Shown: one piece after another, positions 38,283-48,268 of the stretch | How positions within the stretch are numbered: position 1 is the first letter of the stretch | Layout of the letters: each line of letters opens with the position of its first letter | Source: Pseudomonadota bacterium | GTDB taxonomy: Bacteria > Pseudomonadota > Gammaproteobacteria > Burkholderiales > Burkholderiaceae_D | Length of the DNA stretch: 64,000 nt | Assembly (NCBI GenBank): GCA_040385995.1 | Contig: JAZKGI010000067.1 | Span: 1,429 to 65,428, forward strand | Direction: 5' to 3' | The notes under the pieces: model-generated | The model's database searches: none | What the model saw: only the letters and a program-made list of their open reading frames with translations | Told to the model about the DNA's origin: nothing | Program-made: the position numbers and the translations under genes

Positions 38283-40025
38283 GTGAAATTTCTGAATCAG
38301 ATAAAAATCGGAACGCGTCTGGGAGCCGGTTTTTCCGTGTTATTGATGATGACGCTCATTGCCGTGTGTATCGGTTGGCTTCAGTTGCGCGTGATGCAGG
38401 GCGATTTCAACGAAGTCACGGTCAATACCTTGCCTTCTATTTTGCTGGCCGGCGATATGCGTAGCGACGCCGAGGAAGTGCGGCGCAGTCAAATCCGGCT
38501 GGTGACCGAAGCGGAGCTCAGCGCCCGCAAACGCGTCATCAGCGATATCGACGATGTGCGCAGCTTGCTCAAGACGATTTACGATGCTTATGGCCAGGAC
38601 ATGGTGAAAGGCGAGCAGGACCGGCAGCTGTGGAAAGACTTGGGTGCCGCGCTGGCGGTCTACGATGATCTGTCGGTCAAGCTCGAGGTCATCGCGCGCA
38701 CCGATACGGAAGAAGACGCGGGCGCCGCCCCCATTGCGGCCGAGGGCGCGGCCGCCCCGGCCGCCGAGGCCGCGACCGGCAAGGCCGCCGCCGCGCTGTC
38801 GGCACGGCTGGAAGAAGCCGTGTATGGCGACGCCTATTCCGCTTTCGCCTCCGTGATCGACAAGCTCGACAAGCTCAAGGCGTTCAATCTGCAACGCTCG
38901 CGCGACGCCGAGGCGCATGGCAAGTCGACTTTCAAGCGCAGTCAAATCGTGCTGGCCATCGCCGCCACCGTCACGCTGGCGCTGGGCGTATTGATCTCGC
39001 TGACCTTGACGCGCAGCGTGGTGGTGCCGCTGGCCCGGGCCGTGACCGCCTTGCGCGGCGTGGCGGACGGCAATCTCGACACCCAGATCGACGTGCGCGG
39101 CAAAGATGAGCTCACCGACATGCTGCGCGAACTGGCGCGCATGCAAGAGAGCTTGCGCACCGTGGTCACCGATATCCGCGATTCGAGCGAATCGGTGTCC
39201 AATTCGTCGGTCGAAATCGCGGCCGGCATTCTCGACCTGTCGGTGCGCACCGAACACCAGGCCGCGCAGTTGGAAGAGGCCGCCGCGTCGATGGAGCAGC
39301 TCACCGCCGCCGTCAAGCAAAGCACGCAAACGGCGCACGAGGTCGACCAGCTGGCCGACCTGGCCAGCGGCGCGGCCTTGCGCGGCAGCGAGGTGGTGGG
39401 CAAGGTGGTCGACACCATGCACGGCATCCAGCGTTCCAGCGACCGGATTTCGGAGATCATCGCCGTCATCGACGGGATCGCCTTCCAGACCAATATCCTG
39501 GCCTTGAACGCCGCCGTGGAAGCGGCCCGGGCCGGCGAGCAGGGCCGCGGCTTCGCGGTGGTGGCGTCGGAAGTGCGCAACCTGGCCCAGCGCAGCGCGG
39601 GCGCGGCCAAGGAAATCAAAACCCTGATCGTCAATAGCGCCGAGCAAGTCACCGGCGGCTCGCGGCTGGTGGAAGACGCCGGACGCAGCATGGCCGATAT
39701 CCAGACCCAGGTCGACAAGGTCACCAGCCTGATTTCCGGGATCTTGTCGGGCGCCACCGAGCAGGCATCGGGCATCGCCCTGGTCAACCGCGCGGTCGGC
39801 GAACTGGACGCCGCAACGCAGATGAACGCGGCCCTGGTCGAGCAGGCCAGCGCCGCCTCGGAAAGTCTCAAGCAGCAGGCCGGCCGCCTGGTGGAAGTGG
39901 TGTCGGTGTTTCGCACCGACGGCGAAGAGGAGCAAGAGTCCGAGCAAGAGTCGGAGCACGACCCGGAGCAGGTCCGGGCCGACGAGGACCAAGACGACCC
40001 GGCCTTTCTGGCGATCGCCTCGTGA
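38283..40025 (+). CDS. Methyl-accepting chemotaxis protein (4HB sensor, HAMP, MA domain)
   Basis: GTG start. TM1, a periplasmic helical domain, TM2, HAMP, and the conserved signalling hairpin IAFQTNILALNAAVEAARAGEQGRGFAVVASEVRNLA. Acidic C-terminal tail. Confidence 0.9.
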   Translation: MKFLNQIKIGTRLGAGFSVLLMMTLIAVCIGWLQLRVMQGDFNEVTVNTLPSILLAGDMRSDAEEVRRSQIRLVTEAELSARKRVISDIDDVRSLLKTIYDAYGQDMVKGEQDRQLWKDLGAALAVYDDLSVKLEVIARTDTEEDAGAAPIAAEGAAAPAAEAATGKAAAALSARLEEAVYGDAYSAFASVIDKLDKLKAFNLQRSRDAEAHGKSTFKRSQIVLAIAATVTLALGVLISLTLTRSVVVPLARAVTALRGVADGNLDTQIDVRGKDELTDMLRELARMQESLRTVVTDIRDSSESVSNSSVEIAAGILDLSVRTEHQAAQLEEAAASMEQLTAAVKQSTQTAHEVDQLADLASGAALRGSEVVGKVVDTMHGIQRSSDRISEIIAVIDGIAFQTNILALNAAVEAARAGEQGRGFAVVASEVRNLAQRSAGAAKEIKTLIVNSAEQVTGGSRLVEDAGRSMADIQTQVDKVTSLISGILSGATEQASGIALVNRAVGELDAATQMNAALVEQASAASESLKQQAGRLVEVVSVFRTDGEEEQESEQESEHDPEQVRADEDQDDPAFLAIAS

Positions 40026-40197
40026 GTCGGCGCGCCGGCGGCGCGTCATCTTGTGCGCAAGTTCCTTTTTTTGTTTTGGTGCCGATCGACGGCCGCTTCG
40101 CGGCCGGCACAGGAGAGTGCCGCCCGACGGGCGACTTGCTCCGACCCGTCGAGTCAACCCTGGCGACTTTCCGACCAACGAATATTGGAGAAAACAC

Positions 40198-41274
40198 ATG
40201 CTCAAATCGAAGATGAAGCGCACCCGCATCGCCGCATTGGTGGGCCTGGCCCTGGCCGCCTCCAGCGCAAGCGCCGCCCCTGTCACCGGAGGCAAGGTGG
40301 CGTTTCTGATGCCCGACCAGTCCTCGACCCGCTATGAAGAGCATGACCGGCCCGGCATCGTGGCCGAAATGAAAAAGCTGTGCCCGGGCTGCGAAGTGAT
40401 TTACCAGAACGCCGACGGCGACGCTTCGCGTCAGCAAAAGCAGTTCAACGCCGTGATCGCGCAAGGGGCCAAGGTGGTGGTGATCGACGCGGTCGACACG
40501 GGCGCCGCCGCGGCCCTCGTCAAGCAGGCCCAGGCCAAGGGGGTGAAGGTGATCTCGTACGACCGCCCCATCCCTGACGCCAAGGCCGACTATTACGTGT
40601 CCTTCAATAACGAGGGGATCGGCAAGGCCATCGCGCAATCGCTGGTGGCCCGCTTGAAAGCGAGCGGGGTCTCGCCCGACGCCGGCGGGGTGCTGGTGGT
40701 AAACGGCTCCGGCACCGACGCCGCCGCCGGCCTGATCAAGAAAGGCATCCACGACGGGCTGGCCGGCTCCGGTTATAAAACGCTGGCCGAATACGACACC
40801 CCGGACTGGGTGCCGGCCAAGGCCAAGCAATGGGTGAGCGGCCAGATCTCGCGCTTCGGCAAGAAAATCGTCGGCGTGGTGGCCGCCAACGACGGCACCG
40901 CCGGCGGCACCTACGCCGCGTTCAAGGCGGCCGGCGTGGAGCCGATTCCACCCATCACGGGCAATGACGCGACCGTCGCCGGTTTGCAACTGATTATCGC
41001 CGGCGACGCCTACAACACCATTTCCAAGCCAAGCGAAGTGGTGGCCGCCGCCGCCGCGAGCCTGACCGTGGCATTGCTGGGGGATGCCGCGCCCAAGGCC
41101 GACATCATGCTCTACGATACACCGTCGAAGCTGTTTACCCCGGCCGTGGTCACGGCCGAGAATTTGAAGGCGGAAATCGTCGACAAGAAGATCAACGGCA
41201 AGTCGATCCAGACCCCGGCCACCTTGTGTGTCGACCGTTTCGCGGCCGGCTGCAAGAAGCTGGGCATCATGTAA
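40198..41274 (+). CDS. Periplasmic sugar-binding protein (type I PBP, XylF/RbsB-like), no cognate ABC genes adjacent
   Basis: ATG at 40198 with a TGGAG RBS and signal peptide MLKSKMKRTRIAALVGLALAASSASA. Motifs include KVAFLMPD and VVVIDAVD...VISYDRPI. Confidence 0.8.
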   Translation: MLKSKMKRTRIAALVGLALAASSASAAPVTGGKVAFLMPDQSSTRYEEHDRPGIVAEMKKLCPGCEVIYQNADGDASRQQKQFNAVIAQGAKVVVIDAVDTGAAAALVKQAQAKGVKVISYDRPIPDAKADYYVSFNNEGIGKAIAQSLVARLKASGVSPDAGGVLVVNGSGTDAAAGLIKKGIHDGLAGSGYKTLAEYDTPDWVPAKAKQWVSGQISRFGKKIVGVVAANDGTAGGTYAAFKAAGVEPIPPITGNDATVAGLQLIIAGDAYNTISKPSEVVAAAAASLTVALLGDAAPKADIMLYDTPSKLFTPAVVTAENLKAEIVDKKINGKSIQTPATLCVDRFAAGCKKLGIM

Positions 41275-41330
41275 GCGTGTTACGGCCGCGCCGCGGACGG
41301 CCTTGGGGCCGCCGCGGCGCCCGAGGTGGC

Positions 41331-41358
41331 AAAAAAAAAGACGCCGTGGGCGTCTTTT
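41331..41358. terminator. Bidirectional intrinsic terminator
   Basis: A-run, GACGCC-GTG-GGCGTC, then T-run, between the convergent PBP and PEP-CTERM genes. Confidence 0.7.
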
Positions 41359-41377
41359 AAATTCAGGGCTTACCGCA

Positions 41378-41887
41378 TTACGCTTCGGCTTGTTCCTTGC
41401 GACGCCGGATCGCGTAGCCGACCACGGCCAGACCGCCCAGCATCATGCCGTAGGTGGCCGGTTCCGGCACCACGTCGATGGTGCCGGCGTAGCTGGCAGG
41501 GGTGCCGTAGGTTTCACCCGTGATGGTCAACACCAGGGTGCCGTTGGCCGGCACATAATTGAAGATACTGCCCGATACATAGTCGGGGAAGGTATCGACA
41601 TACAGCTCGTAACCGTTGATATTGGCCGACGAGAACACGATCTTGCCGTGGTCGTTGGCAAAGTTGGCGAAAAAGCCAGACGCGTTGCCTGGGTCGCCGC
41701 TGTAGGCAAAAGTGAAGGTATCGGTGAACGCGCCCGACGTGGTATGGGTGGTGCCGAACGAGGTGGACCATGCGCCCGGACCGCCGTTCAAGGTGATGAC
41801 GCCGGAATTGTAGTCGTTCGGTCCGGCCCATGCCGTGCCGAATACCGACGCCAATGCCGCCGCCAAAAAGATCGATTTTAATTTCAT
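41378..41887 (-). CDS. FxDxF-type PEP-CTERM sorting-domain protein
   Basis: Start at MKLKSIFLAAALASVFGTAWA (cat 41885-41887). Contains an FTDTF motif. The C-terminus is VVPEPATYGMMLGGLAVVGYAIRRRK. Confidence 0.8.
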   Translation of the reverse strand: MKLKSIFLAAALASVFGTAWAGPNDYNSGVITLNGGPGAWSTSFGTTHTTSGAFTDTFTFAYSGDPGNASGFFANFANDHGKIVFSSANINGYELYVDTFPDYVSGSIFNYVPANGTLVLTITGETYGTPASYAGTIDVVPEPATYGMMLGGLAVVGYAIRRRKEQAEA

Positions 41888-42233
41888 GTTAGTCGCCCCT
41901 GAAGTGTCACAAACTATTAAAAAAACAAGACTGCAAGTGAAAGTTATCTGGAACGTCACTTCCTGTCAATTAACAAAAAGACAATCGATGTCACGTTTTG
42001 GATAGGCTAAAACTAAGCTCCGGGCGTACTGGTCAGATTCCAAGAAAGCTTGCCGAAATTGTCGTAAATTTGTCACTTGAGCAGTGTTGTATTTTCAATA
42101 CATATCTTGTCAATTTTTGCATTGCGTCAACAGTCGGGCTGGCCGTCCGGGCCCGGCGCCGGCGCGCGCCAGACCGGCGCCGCCGCTTGCGCTTGCCGCA
42201 CCGCCATGCCGGTTCGGACGGCGCCGCCCGCCC

Positions 42234-43397
42234 TCACGCGGGGCGCGCGGCGGGGCGCTGCACCAGCAGCGAGAGCAAGGCCGCGCACAGGGCCGCGGCC
42301 GCCATCAGGGTGACCCCGCCGCGCAGGCTGGAGGCCACCGCCACCGCGCCGATCAGGGGTGGCCCGGCCAGCATGCCCGCATAGCCGGCGCTGGCCACCG
42401 TGGCGATGCCGCCCGCGGTGGTGTTGCCGAGCCGGCCGCTGGCGCTGAACACGGCCGGCACCACGTTCGACAAGCCCAACCCCACCAGCGCGAAGCCGGC
42501 CATGATGGTGGCGCTGTGCGGCAACACGATGGCCAGGCCCAAGCCCAGCGCGGCCAGCAGCGCGCCGCCGGCCACCACGCGCGGGCCGCCGAAGCGGCGC
42601 ACCACGCGGTCGCCGACCAGCCGGCCCAGCACCATGGTGGCGGAAAAAGCGGCGAATCCGGCCGCCGCCCCGGCCGCCGAGGCGCCGGCCATGGTCATAT
42701 ACAAGCCGCTCCAGTCGACCATGGCTCCTTCCACCAGAAAGCACAGCAGGGCGATGGCGGCCAGGCCCAGCAAGGCGCGGCCGGGACGGGCCGGCCGGCC
42801 TTCGGTGCCGGCCGCCGGCGCCGCCTTGTCATGCTCGCCCAGGCCCAGGCCGGGCGCGGCGCCCAGCACCAGGGCCAGCACGATGGCGGCCGTCGGGGTC
42901 AGCAGCCAGACGCTGGGAATGCCCACATACAGCAGGGCGGCGCCCACCCCCGTGCCCATCAGCCCGCCCAGGCTGAAGGCGGCGTGGAAGGACGACATGA
43001 TGGCGCCCGGCCAGCGCCGTTCCACCGCGCTGGCGTGGGAATTCATGGCCACGTCGAGAAAACCGTTGACCGCGCCCATGGCGAAGGCGGCCGCCAGCAG
43101 CCAGGCCAGGCTGCCGGCCCACATCGGCAGCGTCAGCGCGATGGCGAACAGCAGCCCGGCCAGACGGGTGCCGGGCCCGGTGCCGCCCAGGCGGGGCAGC
43201 ACCCGGCCGCACAGCGGCATGCAAAACACGGCGCCGCCGGCCAGGGCCAGCAAGGCCATGCTCAACTGCGCGTCCGACAAGGCCAGACCCTGCTTGAGCG
43301 GCGGGATGGCGGCGGCCCAGGCGCCGATGCCCAGGCCGTTGGCGAAAAAGACGGTGCTGGTGGACCAGCGCGCGCGGCGCAGGGCGGGTTCGATCAT
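42234..43397 (-). CDS. MFS transporter
   Basis: 387 aa, ~12 predicted TM helices, Gly/Ala-rich MFS pattern. Confidence 0.8.
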   Translation of the reverse strand: MIEPALRRARWSTSTVFFANGLGIGAWAAAIPPLKQGLALSDAQLSMALLALAGGAVFCMPLCGRVLPRLGGTGPGTRLAGLLFAIALTLPMWAGSLAWLLAAAFAMGAVNGFLDVAMNSHASAVERRWPGAIMSSFHAAFSLGGLMGTGVGAALLYVGIPSVWLLTPTAAIVLALVLGAAPGLGLGEHDKAAPAAGTEGRPARPGRALLGLAAIALLCFLVEGAMVDWSGLYMTMAGASAAGAAAGFAAFSATMVLGRLVGDRVVRRFGGPRVVAGGALLAALGLGLAIVLPHSATIMAGFALVGLGLSNVVPAVFSASGRLGNTTAGGIATVASAGYAGMLAGPPLIGAVAVASSLRGGVTLMAAAALCAALLSLLVQRPAARPA

Positions 43398-43451
43398 GGC
43401 TTCGCTTTCATGGATGGGAAGGTGGGGCGGGAGAGGACGGGCCGGCTCGGT

Positions 43452-44258
43452 TCAAGCACGGGGTGGCCCGGCAAAATGGATACGGGTGCGCTCGCGCTCG
43501 ACGCCGGCCAGACTGGCCGGGGCGGCGTCGTGTTCGACGATCAGGTGGGCGATGGCGCCCGGGCCGGCCACCGCGAACGGCGCGCCGGTGCCCAGCTTGG
43601 CGTTGCTGACGGCCACCGCCACGCTGGCGCTGGCGGCCACGGCGGCCCGTTTGAATTCGCTTTCTTCACAGTCGAAGGCGCTCGCGCCGCCGGCCGGATC
43701 GAGCGCGCACACGCCCAAAAAGCACAGGTCGGCGCGCAGCGTGTTCAGTTCGCGCACGGCGCGCGCGCCCAGGCTGGCGCCGCTGCGCCAATCGACCGGG
43801 CCGCCGATCACCACCAGCGCGATGCCGCGCCGGCCCGCCAGCACGGCGGCGATGGCGGGCGCGTTGGTGACCACGGTCAGGCCCAGATCGTCGGGCAGCA
43901 AGGAGGCGATGGCGGTGTTGGTCGAGCCGGCGTCGATCAGCAGCAACTGGTCTTGGCGCAGCAAGCCGACGGCGGCCGCCGCCAGCGCCAGCTTGCGCGC
44001 CTGATCCTGGTCGTGGCGCTGGCTGATCGGCCCGCTGGCCGCGGAGCGCGGCAGCACACCGCCATACACCCGCTCGCACAGGCCGGCGGCCGCCAGTTCG
44101 CGCATGTCGCGCCGGATGGTATCGTCGGAAATGCCGCATTCGCGGGCCAGATCGACCGCCAGCACCCGTCCGCCCGCCGCCAGGCGGGTCAGAATCAAGC
44201 GCTGACGCTGTTCGGGCAGGAGCTGGGCGGCGGGCGGAGAGGATGGTGGCAGGTGCAT
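43452..44258 (-). CDS. DeoR/GlpR family transcriptional regulator
   Basis: RQRLILTRLAAGGRVLAVDLARECGISDDTIRRDMRELA HTH plus a DeoR C-terminal sensor. Upstream of the MFS gene on the same strand. Confidence 0.85.
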   Translation of the reverse strand: MHLPPSSPPAAQLLPEQRQRLILTRLAAGGRVLAVDLARECGISDDTIRRDMRELAAAGLCERVYGGVLPRSAASGPISQRHDQDQARKLALAAAAVGLLRQDQLLLIDAGSTNTAIASLLPDDLGLTVVTNAPAIAAVLAGRRGIALVVIGGPVDWRSGASLGARAVRELNTLRADLCFLGVCALDPAGGASAFDCEESEFKRAAVAASASVAVAVSNAKLGTGAPFAVAGPGAIAHLIVEHDAAPASLAGVERERTRIHFAGPPRA

Positions 44259-44489
44259 GGGCGAGATTGTGCGTTATCGTGCAGAAACGTGCAACATATT
44301 TTGTGCGATTTGTGCCGGGCGCAAGGTTGTGCGGGCTGGCCAATCATTGTTTTCGAACACTGTCTGCCAGGCATGTGCCTCAAACAGTGGGCTGGCGTAC
44401 GGAACGCGCACATTCGTGCATCGATAATGGAGGTCCGACCATGGCGGGCCGCGACCGGCGGTCTGCCGACACTGTAGACTGGGGGTAAT

Positions 44490-45521
44490 ATGGCAACTCA
44501 TCTGAAAGCGCTGCGTTCGCAAGTCATGCTCATCACCGGCGCCACCAGCGGCATCGGCCTGGTCACCGCGCGCGCGGCGGCCGCCAAAGGCGCCAGCCTG
44601 GTGCTGGCGGCGCGCGATAGCGCCGCACTCGACCAGCTGGCCGCCGAATTGCGCGCCAATGGCGGCCAGGTGCTGGCCGTGCCGACCGATGTGGGGTCCC
44701 GTGACGAGGTGGCCGCGCTGGGGCGCGCCGCGCTCAGCCACTACGGACGCATCGATAGCTGGGTCAACAACGCCGGCGTGTCGATCTTCGGCCGCCTGCG
44801 GGAGGTGCCGTTGGCGGATCAGGAAAAACTGTTCCAAACCAATTTTTGGGGCGTGGTACACGGATCGCTGGTGGCGCTCGACTTGATGAAGGAGGGCGGT
44901 GGCGCGCTCATCAATATCGGCAGCGAGGTGTCGGATCGGGCCGTGCCGCTGCAAGGCATGTATTGCGCGTCGAAACATGCGGTCAAGGGCTTCACCGATG
45001 CGTTGCGCATGGAAATCGAAAAGGACCGGGTGCCGATCTCGGTCACGCTGATCAAGCCGGCCGGTATCGATACCATGTTTGTTAACCATGCGCGTAACTA
45101 TATGGATAAGGAGCCCGAATTGCCGGCGCCGCTTTACGCTCCGGAACTGGTCGCCGACGCGATTCTCTACGCCGCCGAGCACCGGCGGCGCGACATTTAC
45201 GTCGGCGGCGCCGCCAAGATGGTCGCGCTGGAAGGGTTTGCGATGCCGCGCTTGCTCGACAAATTCATGCATCTGGTGATGTTCAAGCAGCAGCAGAAAA
45301 AAAATCAGCCATCGGCCGCCGGCCGTGGCGACGCCTTGTACGGTCCCAACGGGATGGATCTGCACGAACGGCAGGGCGGACATCGCCATCCGGTGCACGA
45401 ACGCTCGGCTTATACCTATTTGACGACACGCGGCAAGCCCTGGGCGCTGTCGTTGTTGGCGGGCGGCGTATTGCTGACGGCGTGGAAAATGCGCGCCGCC
45501 ACGCGCGCGCCGGCGCGCTGA
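44490..45521 (+). CDS. SDR family oxidoreductase with C-terminal membrane anchor
   Basis: ITGATSGIG (TGxxxGxG), NNAG, YCASK (YxxxK), and a hydrophobic tail WALSLLAGGVLLTAW. Confidence 0.85.
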   Translation: MATHLKALRSQVMLITGATSGIGLVTARAAAAKGASLVLAARDSAALDQLAAELRANGGQVLAVPTDVGSRDEVAALGRAALSHYGRIDSWVNNAGVSIFGRLREVPLADQEKLFQTNFWGVVHGSLVALDLMKEGGGALINIGSEVSDRAVPLQGMYCASKHAVKGFTDALRMEIEKDRVPISVTLIKPAGIDTMFVNHARNYMDKEPELPAPLYAPELVADAILYAAEHRRRDIYVGGAAKMVALEGFAMPRLLDKFMHLVMFKQQQKKNQPSAAGRGDALYGPNGMDLHERQGGHRHPVHERSAYTYLTTRGKPWALSLLAGGVLLTAWKMRAATRAPAR

Positions 45522-45525
45522 CGAT

Positions 45526-47418
45526 TTATTTGTCTTGCGCCAGCGGCTTGGCCTTATCGATCACCTCGCGGCAATCGCCCTTGATGATGGCATTGTCGTA
45601 ATTGGTCCAGCCATAGCTGTCGACGTAGCGCTTGTGCTGCTTGAACTGGGGGCTCAGGAAGCTCCATTCGAGCCGCTCGCCGGCGTAGCGGATGTCGCCC
45701 AGGTCGAGCAGGCTGTGAAACACGTTTTCGGTGGCCAGGCGCGCCTTGCGGTGGCGCGCCAGTTGCTTCACCTTGTCGGGATAGCGCTCGCGGTAGAGGT
45801 CCGAATACCAGACGAAGGCCGGCACGTGGAATTCGTACTGGGTATTGTGGCCGTGGAAGGCCAGGTTGCAGCTGCCGTCATACAGGGTTTGGCCGTGGTC
45901 GGCCACGTACATCAGCGAGCTGAGCTCACCATGCCGCTTGAGGGTGTCGATCACGTGCGCCAGGAACCAGTCGGTATACAGGATGGAGCTGTCGTAGCTG
46001 TTGTTGAGCTGAGGCTTGATCTTGGTGTCGGTGTAGACCGGCTTGTCCACGCCGAACAGCGAAGGTTGCCATTTGTCGAATTGCTTCGGGTAGCGCTGGC
46101 TGTAATTCCAGTGGCTGCCCAGCGAATGGAGCACGATCAGTTTTTTCGGGGCCGGGTCGGCCAGCGCGTTGTTGAGCGGATCGAACAGGATCTGGTCGAA
46201 ATTGGAATGGTTGGTGAAGCCGCCCAGGTTGAGAAACTGGACCACGTCGGCTTCCTTGGCGAACACCGACACCGGGGTGTCGAACTTGCCGAACGAAATC
46301 TGGTTCGATAGCCAATAGGTTTTGAAGCCCGCTTCCTTGTAGGCGGTGAGAAAGGACTTTTCGGAAAAGCCATCCTTCAAGCTTTGGGTGGCCGGCTTGC
46401 GCGAGACCATCACCGGCACCGACAGGCGGGTCGCCGACACCGAGGTGATCACGTCGGGCAGGGTGACCAGGTTGCTTTCCTGTTTCAGCAGGGGATTGGT
46501 GTCGCGTTCGTAGCCGTTCAAGCTCCAGCGGTCATAGCGCGACGATTCGCCGATCACCATCACCACCACTTCGGGCCGCTTGTTGGCCCGGCTCTGGTGG
46601 GCGCTGAAGGTGAACTTGCTGCTTTTGACGCCCAGGTCGGCCAGGTATCGGCGCTCTTTATAGAAGTCGACCCCGCGCGCGACCAAGCCGAAGGGCCAGG
46701 AATTGCTGAACAGGTCGAAATCGAAGGGCAGGCCGGCCCAGTGCGGCAAGCGCGGCCATGTCAAGCCGGTGTGGTGGGCCGGCGCCGCGCTGGCCGAGGC
46801 GGCGTCGTCTTCTTCGGCGTCTTGTTCCTCGGCCTCGTCGGCGGTGGTGTCGCCGAAGCCGGAGGCCGGCACCGACTGCGGCGCCGCGCTCCCGGCGGCG
46901 GCGGCCGGGTGCGGGTGGGCGTGCACGCCGAATTCATAGCCGTAGCCGAGCACGCCGGCCACCACCGCCAGCGCCGCCAGGGCGACCGGGCGCGACACGT
47001 CGGACCAGTCCAGCGCGCGGGTCTGGAGCGCGGCGCGCCAGCTCAGCAGCCACCAGGCGATCACCGCCACCATGACCGCGCCCATCAGCCAGACCGTGTC
47101 GCCCAAAAATTCGAGCGATTCCTTGGGGCTGGTCTCGGCGATGATGCCCAGGTGGTGGGTGGAGATGCCTTGGCCGTAAAACACGAACAGATACAGTTCG
47201 GTGGGCAAGGCCAGGAAGGCCGGCAGCAGCAAGGGGTGAAACCAGGCCGGCCGCTTGAACAGGGCCCACACCGCGATCCAGGTCAGCGCCTGCACCCCCA
47301 GCATCGGCAGCGGCCGCCCGTAACCCTTGCCCAGCAACAGCGGCACGAAGGGAACGGCCGACAGCAGCAGATAGGTCAGGATGAGGAACAGCCGGGCGGG
47401 GCGAAGCAGGGGGCGCAT
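45526..47418 (-). CDS. Phosphoethanolamine transferase (sulfatase-fold, EptA/EptB/CptA-like)
   Basis: Start at MRPLLRPARLFLIL (cat 47416-47418). N-terminal TM bundle and a C-terminal alkaline-phosphatase-like domain (VVMVIGESSR, LHSLGSHWNY, YVADHGQ). Confidence 0.7.
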   Translation of the reverse strand: MRPLLRPARLFLILTYLLLSAVPFVPLLLGKGYGRPLPMLGVQALTWIAVWALFKRPAWFHPLLLPAFLALPTELYLFVFYGQGISTHHLGIIAETSPKESLEFLGDTVWLMGAVMVAVIAWWLLSWRAALQTRALDWSDVSRPVALAALAVVAGVLGYGYEFGVHAHPHPAAAAGSAAPQSVPASGFGDTTADEAEEQDAEEDDAASASAAPAHHTGLTWPRLPHWAGLPFDFDLFSNSWPFGLVARGVDFYKERRYLADLGVKSSKFTFSAHQSRANKRPEVVVMVIGESSRYDRWSLNGYERDTNPLLKQESNLVTLPDVITSVSATRLSVPVMVSRKPATQSLKDGFSEKSFLTAYKEAGFKTYWLSNQISFGKFDTPVSVFAKEADVVQFLNLGGFTNHSNFDQILFDPLNNALADPAPKKLIVLHSLGSHWNYSQRYPKQFDKWQPSLFGVDKPVYTDTKIKPQLNNSYDSSILYTDWFLAHVIDTLKRHGELSSLMYVADHGQTLYDGSCNLAFHGHNTQYEFHVPAFVWYSDLYRERYPDKVKQLARHRKARLATENVFHSLLDLGDIRYAGERLEWSFLSPQFKQHKRYVDSYGWTNYDNAIIKGDCREVIDKAKPLAQDK

Positions 47419-47559
47419 AAGACGGGAAGAAGAAAAATGTGCGCCATTATCCGGCCTTTTGGCGGCGCGCGGTGCGCTTGTTGCGCCGTGTGGCATGGCC
47501 CGGGCCCGCGCCGCAGGTCAGGCCTGCCCGATTTTTATGCAGCGAATCGGGTAAACCGA

Positions 47560-47588
47560 TTGACCCCATGTAACGCAGCGTCTATACT
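47560..47588 (+). promoter_or_regulatory. Predicted sigma70 promoter of the str operon
   Basis: TTGACC, a 17-nt spacer, then TATACT, about 160 nt upstream of rpsL. Confidence 0.55.
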
Positions 47589-47749
47589 CGCGAGTTCTCG
47601 AATTTATTCTGCACATCGTATACGCGTTCCGGCCGCTCCTTCGCGAGTGGCTGGCGGCGCCTCCGCTGCCAGCGTGAAACGGGACGAGGTTTTAGTCGCC
47701 GGGCAACCGCCCGGGTTATTAATCGTAGTATTTTGTTGGATTTATAACG

Positions 47750-48133
47750 ATGCCAACCATCAATCAATTGATTCGCCAGCCGCGTGTTTCGGTACGCGTC
47801 AAGAGCAAATCGCCGGCGCTGGAAAACAGCCCGCAAAAACGTGGCGTCTGCACACGTGTGTACACCACCACGCCAAAAAAGCCGAACTCGGCGCTGCGTA
47901 AGGTGGCCAAGGTTCGCTTGACCAACGGTTTCGAAGTCATTTCGTACATCGGCGGTGAAGGCCATAACTTGCAAGAGCATAGTGTGGTGTTGTTGCGCGG
48001 TGGCCGCGTCAAGGATTTGCCGGGTGTGCGTTACCATATGGTACGCGGCGCCCTCGATACCCAAGGCGTGAAAGACCGTAAGCAAGCGCGCTCGAAGTAC
48101 GGTACCAAACGTGCCAAAGCAGGCAAAAAGTAA
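47750..48133 (+). CDS. rpsL: 30S ribosomal protein S12
   Basis: [12 protein letters not shown]...[10 protein letters not shown]. Unmistakable S12 sequence. Confidence 0.98.
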   Translation: MPTINQLIRQPRVSVRVKSKSPALENSPQKRGVCTRVYTTTPKKPNSALRKVAKVRLTNGFEVISYIGGEGHNLQEHSVVLLRGGRVKDLPGVRYHMVRGALDTQGVKDRKQARSKYGTKRAKAGKK

Positions 48134-48268
48134 TACCAAGTTTCGCTGAGTGGTAGCTAACAAAGTGAATGTAGTCGACCGCATCGGGTCGAGTAAGTGG
48201 AAGACTATGATGGTCGTCCGCGAGAGTGCGCAAGAACGCACCTCAACTGAAGATTGAAAGGAATTGAT

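Noticed and set aside
42084-44477. 797-aa plus-strand ORF
   Set aside because: It is antisense to well-supported MFS and DeoR genes. Its composition is Gly/Ala/Arg/Gln-rich, typical of high-GC shadow frames.
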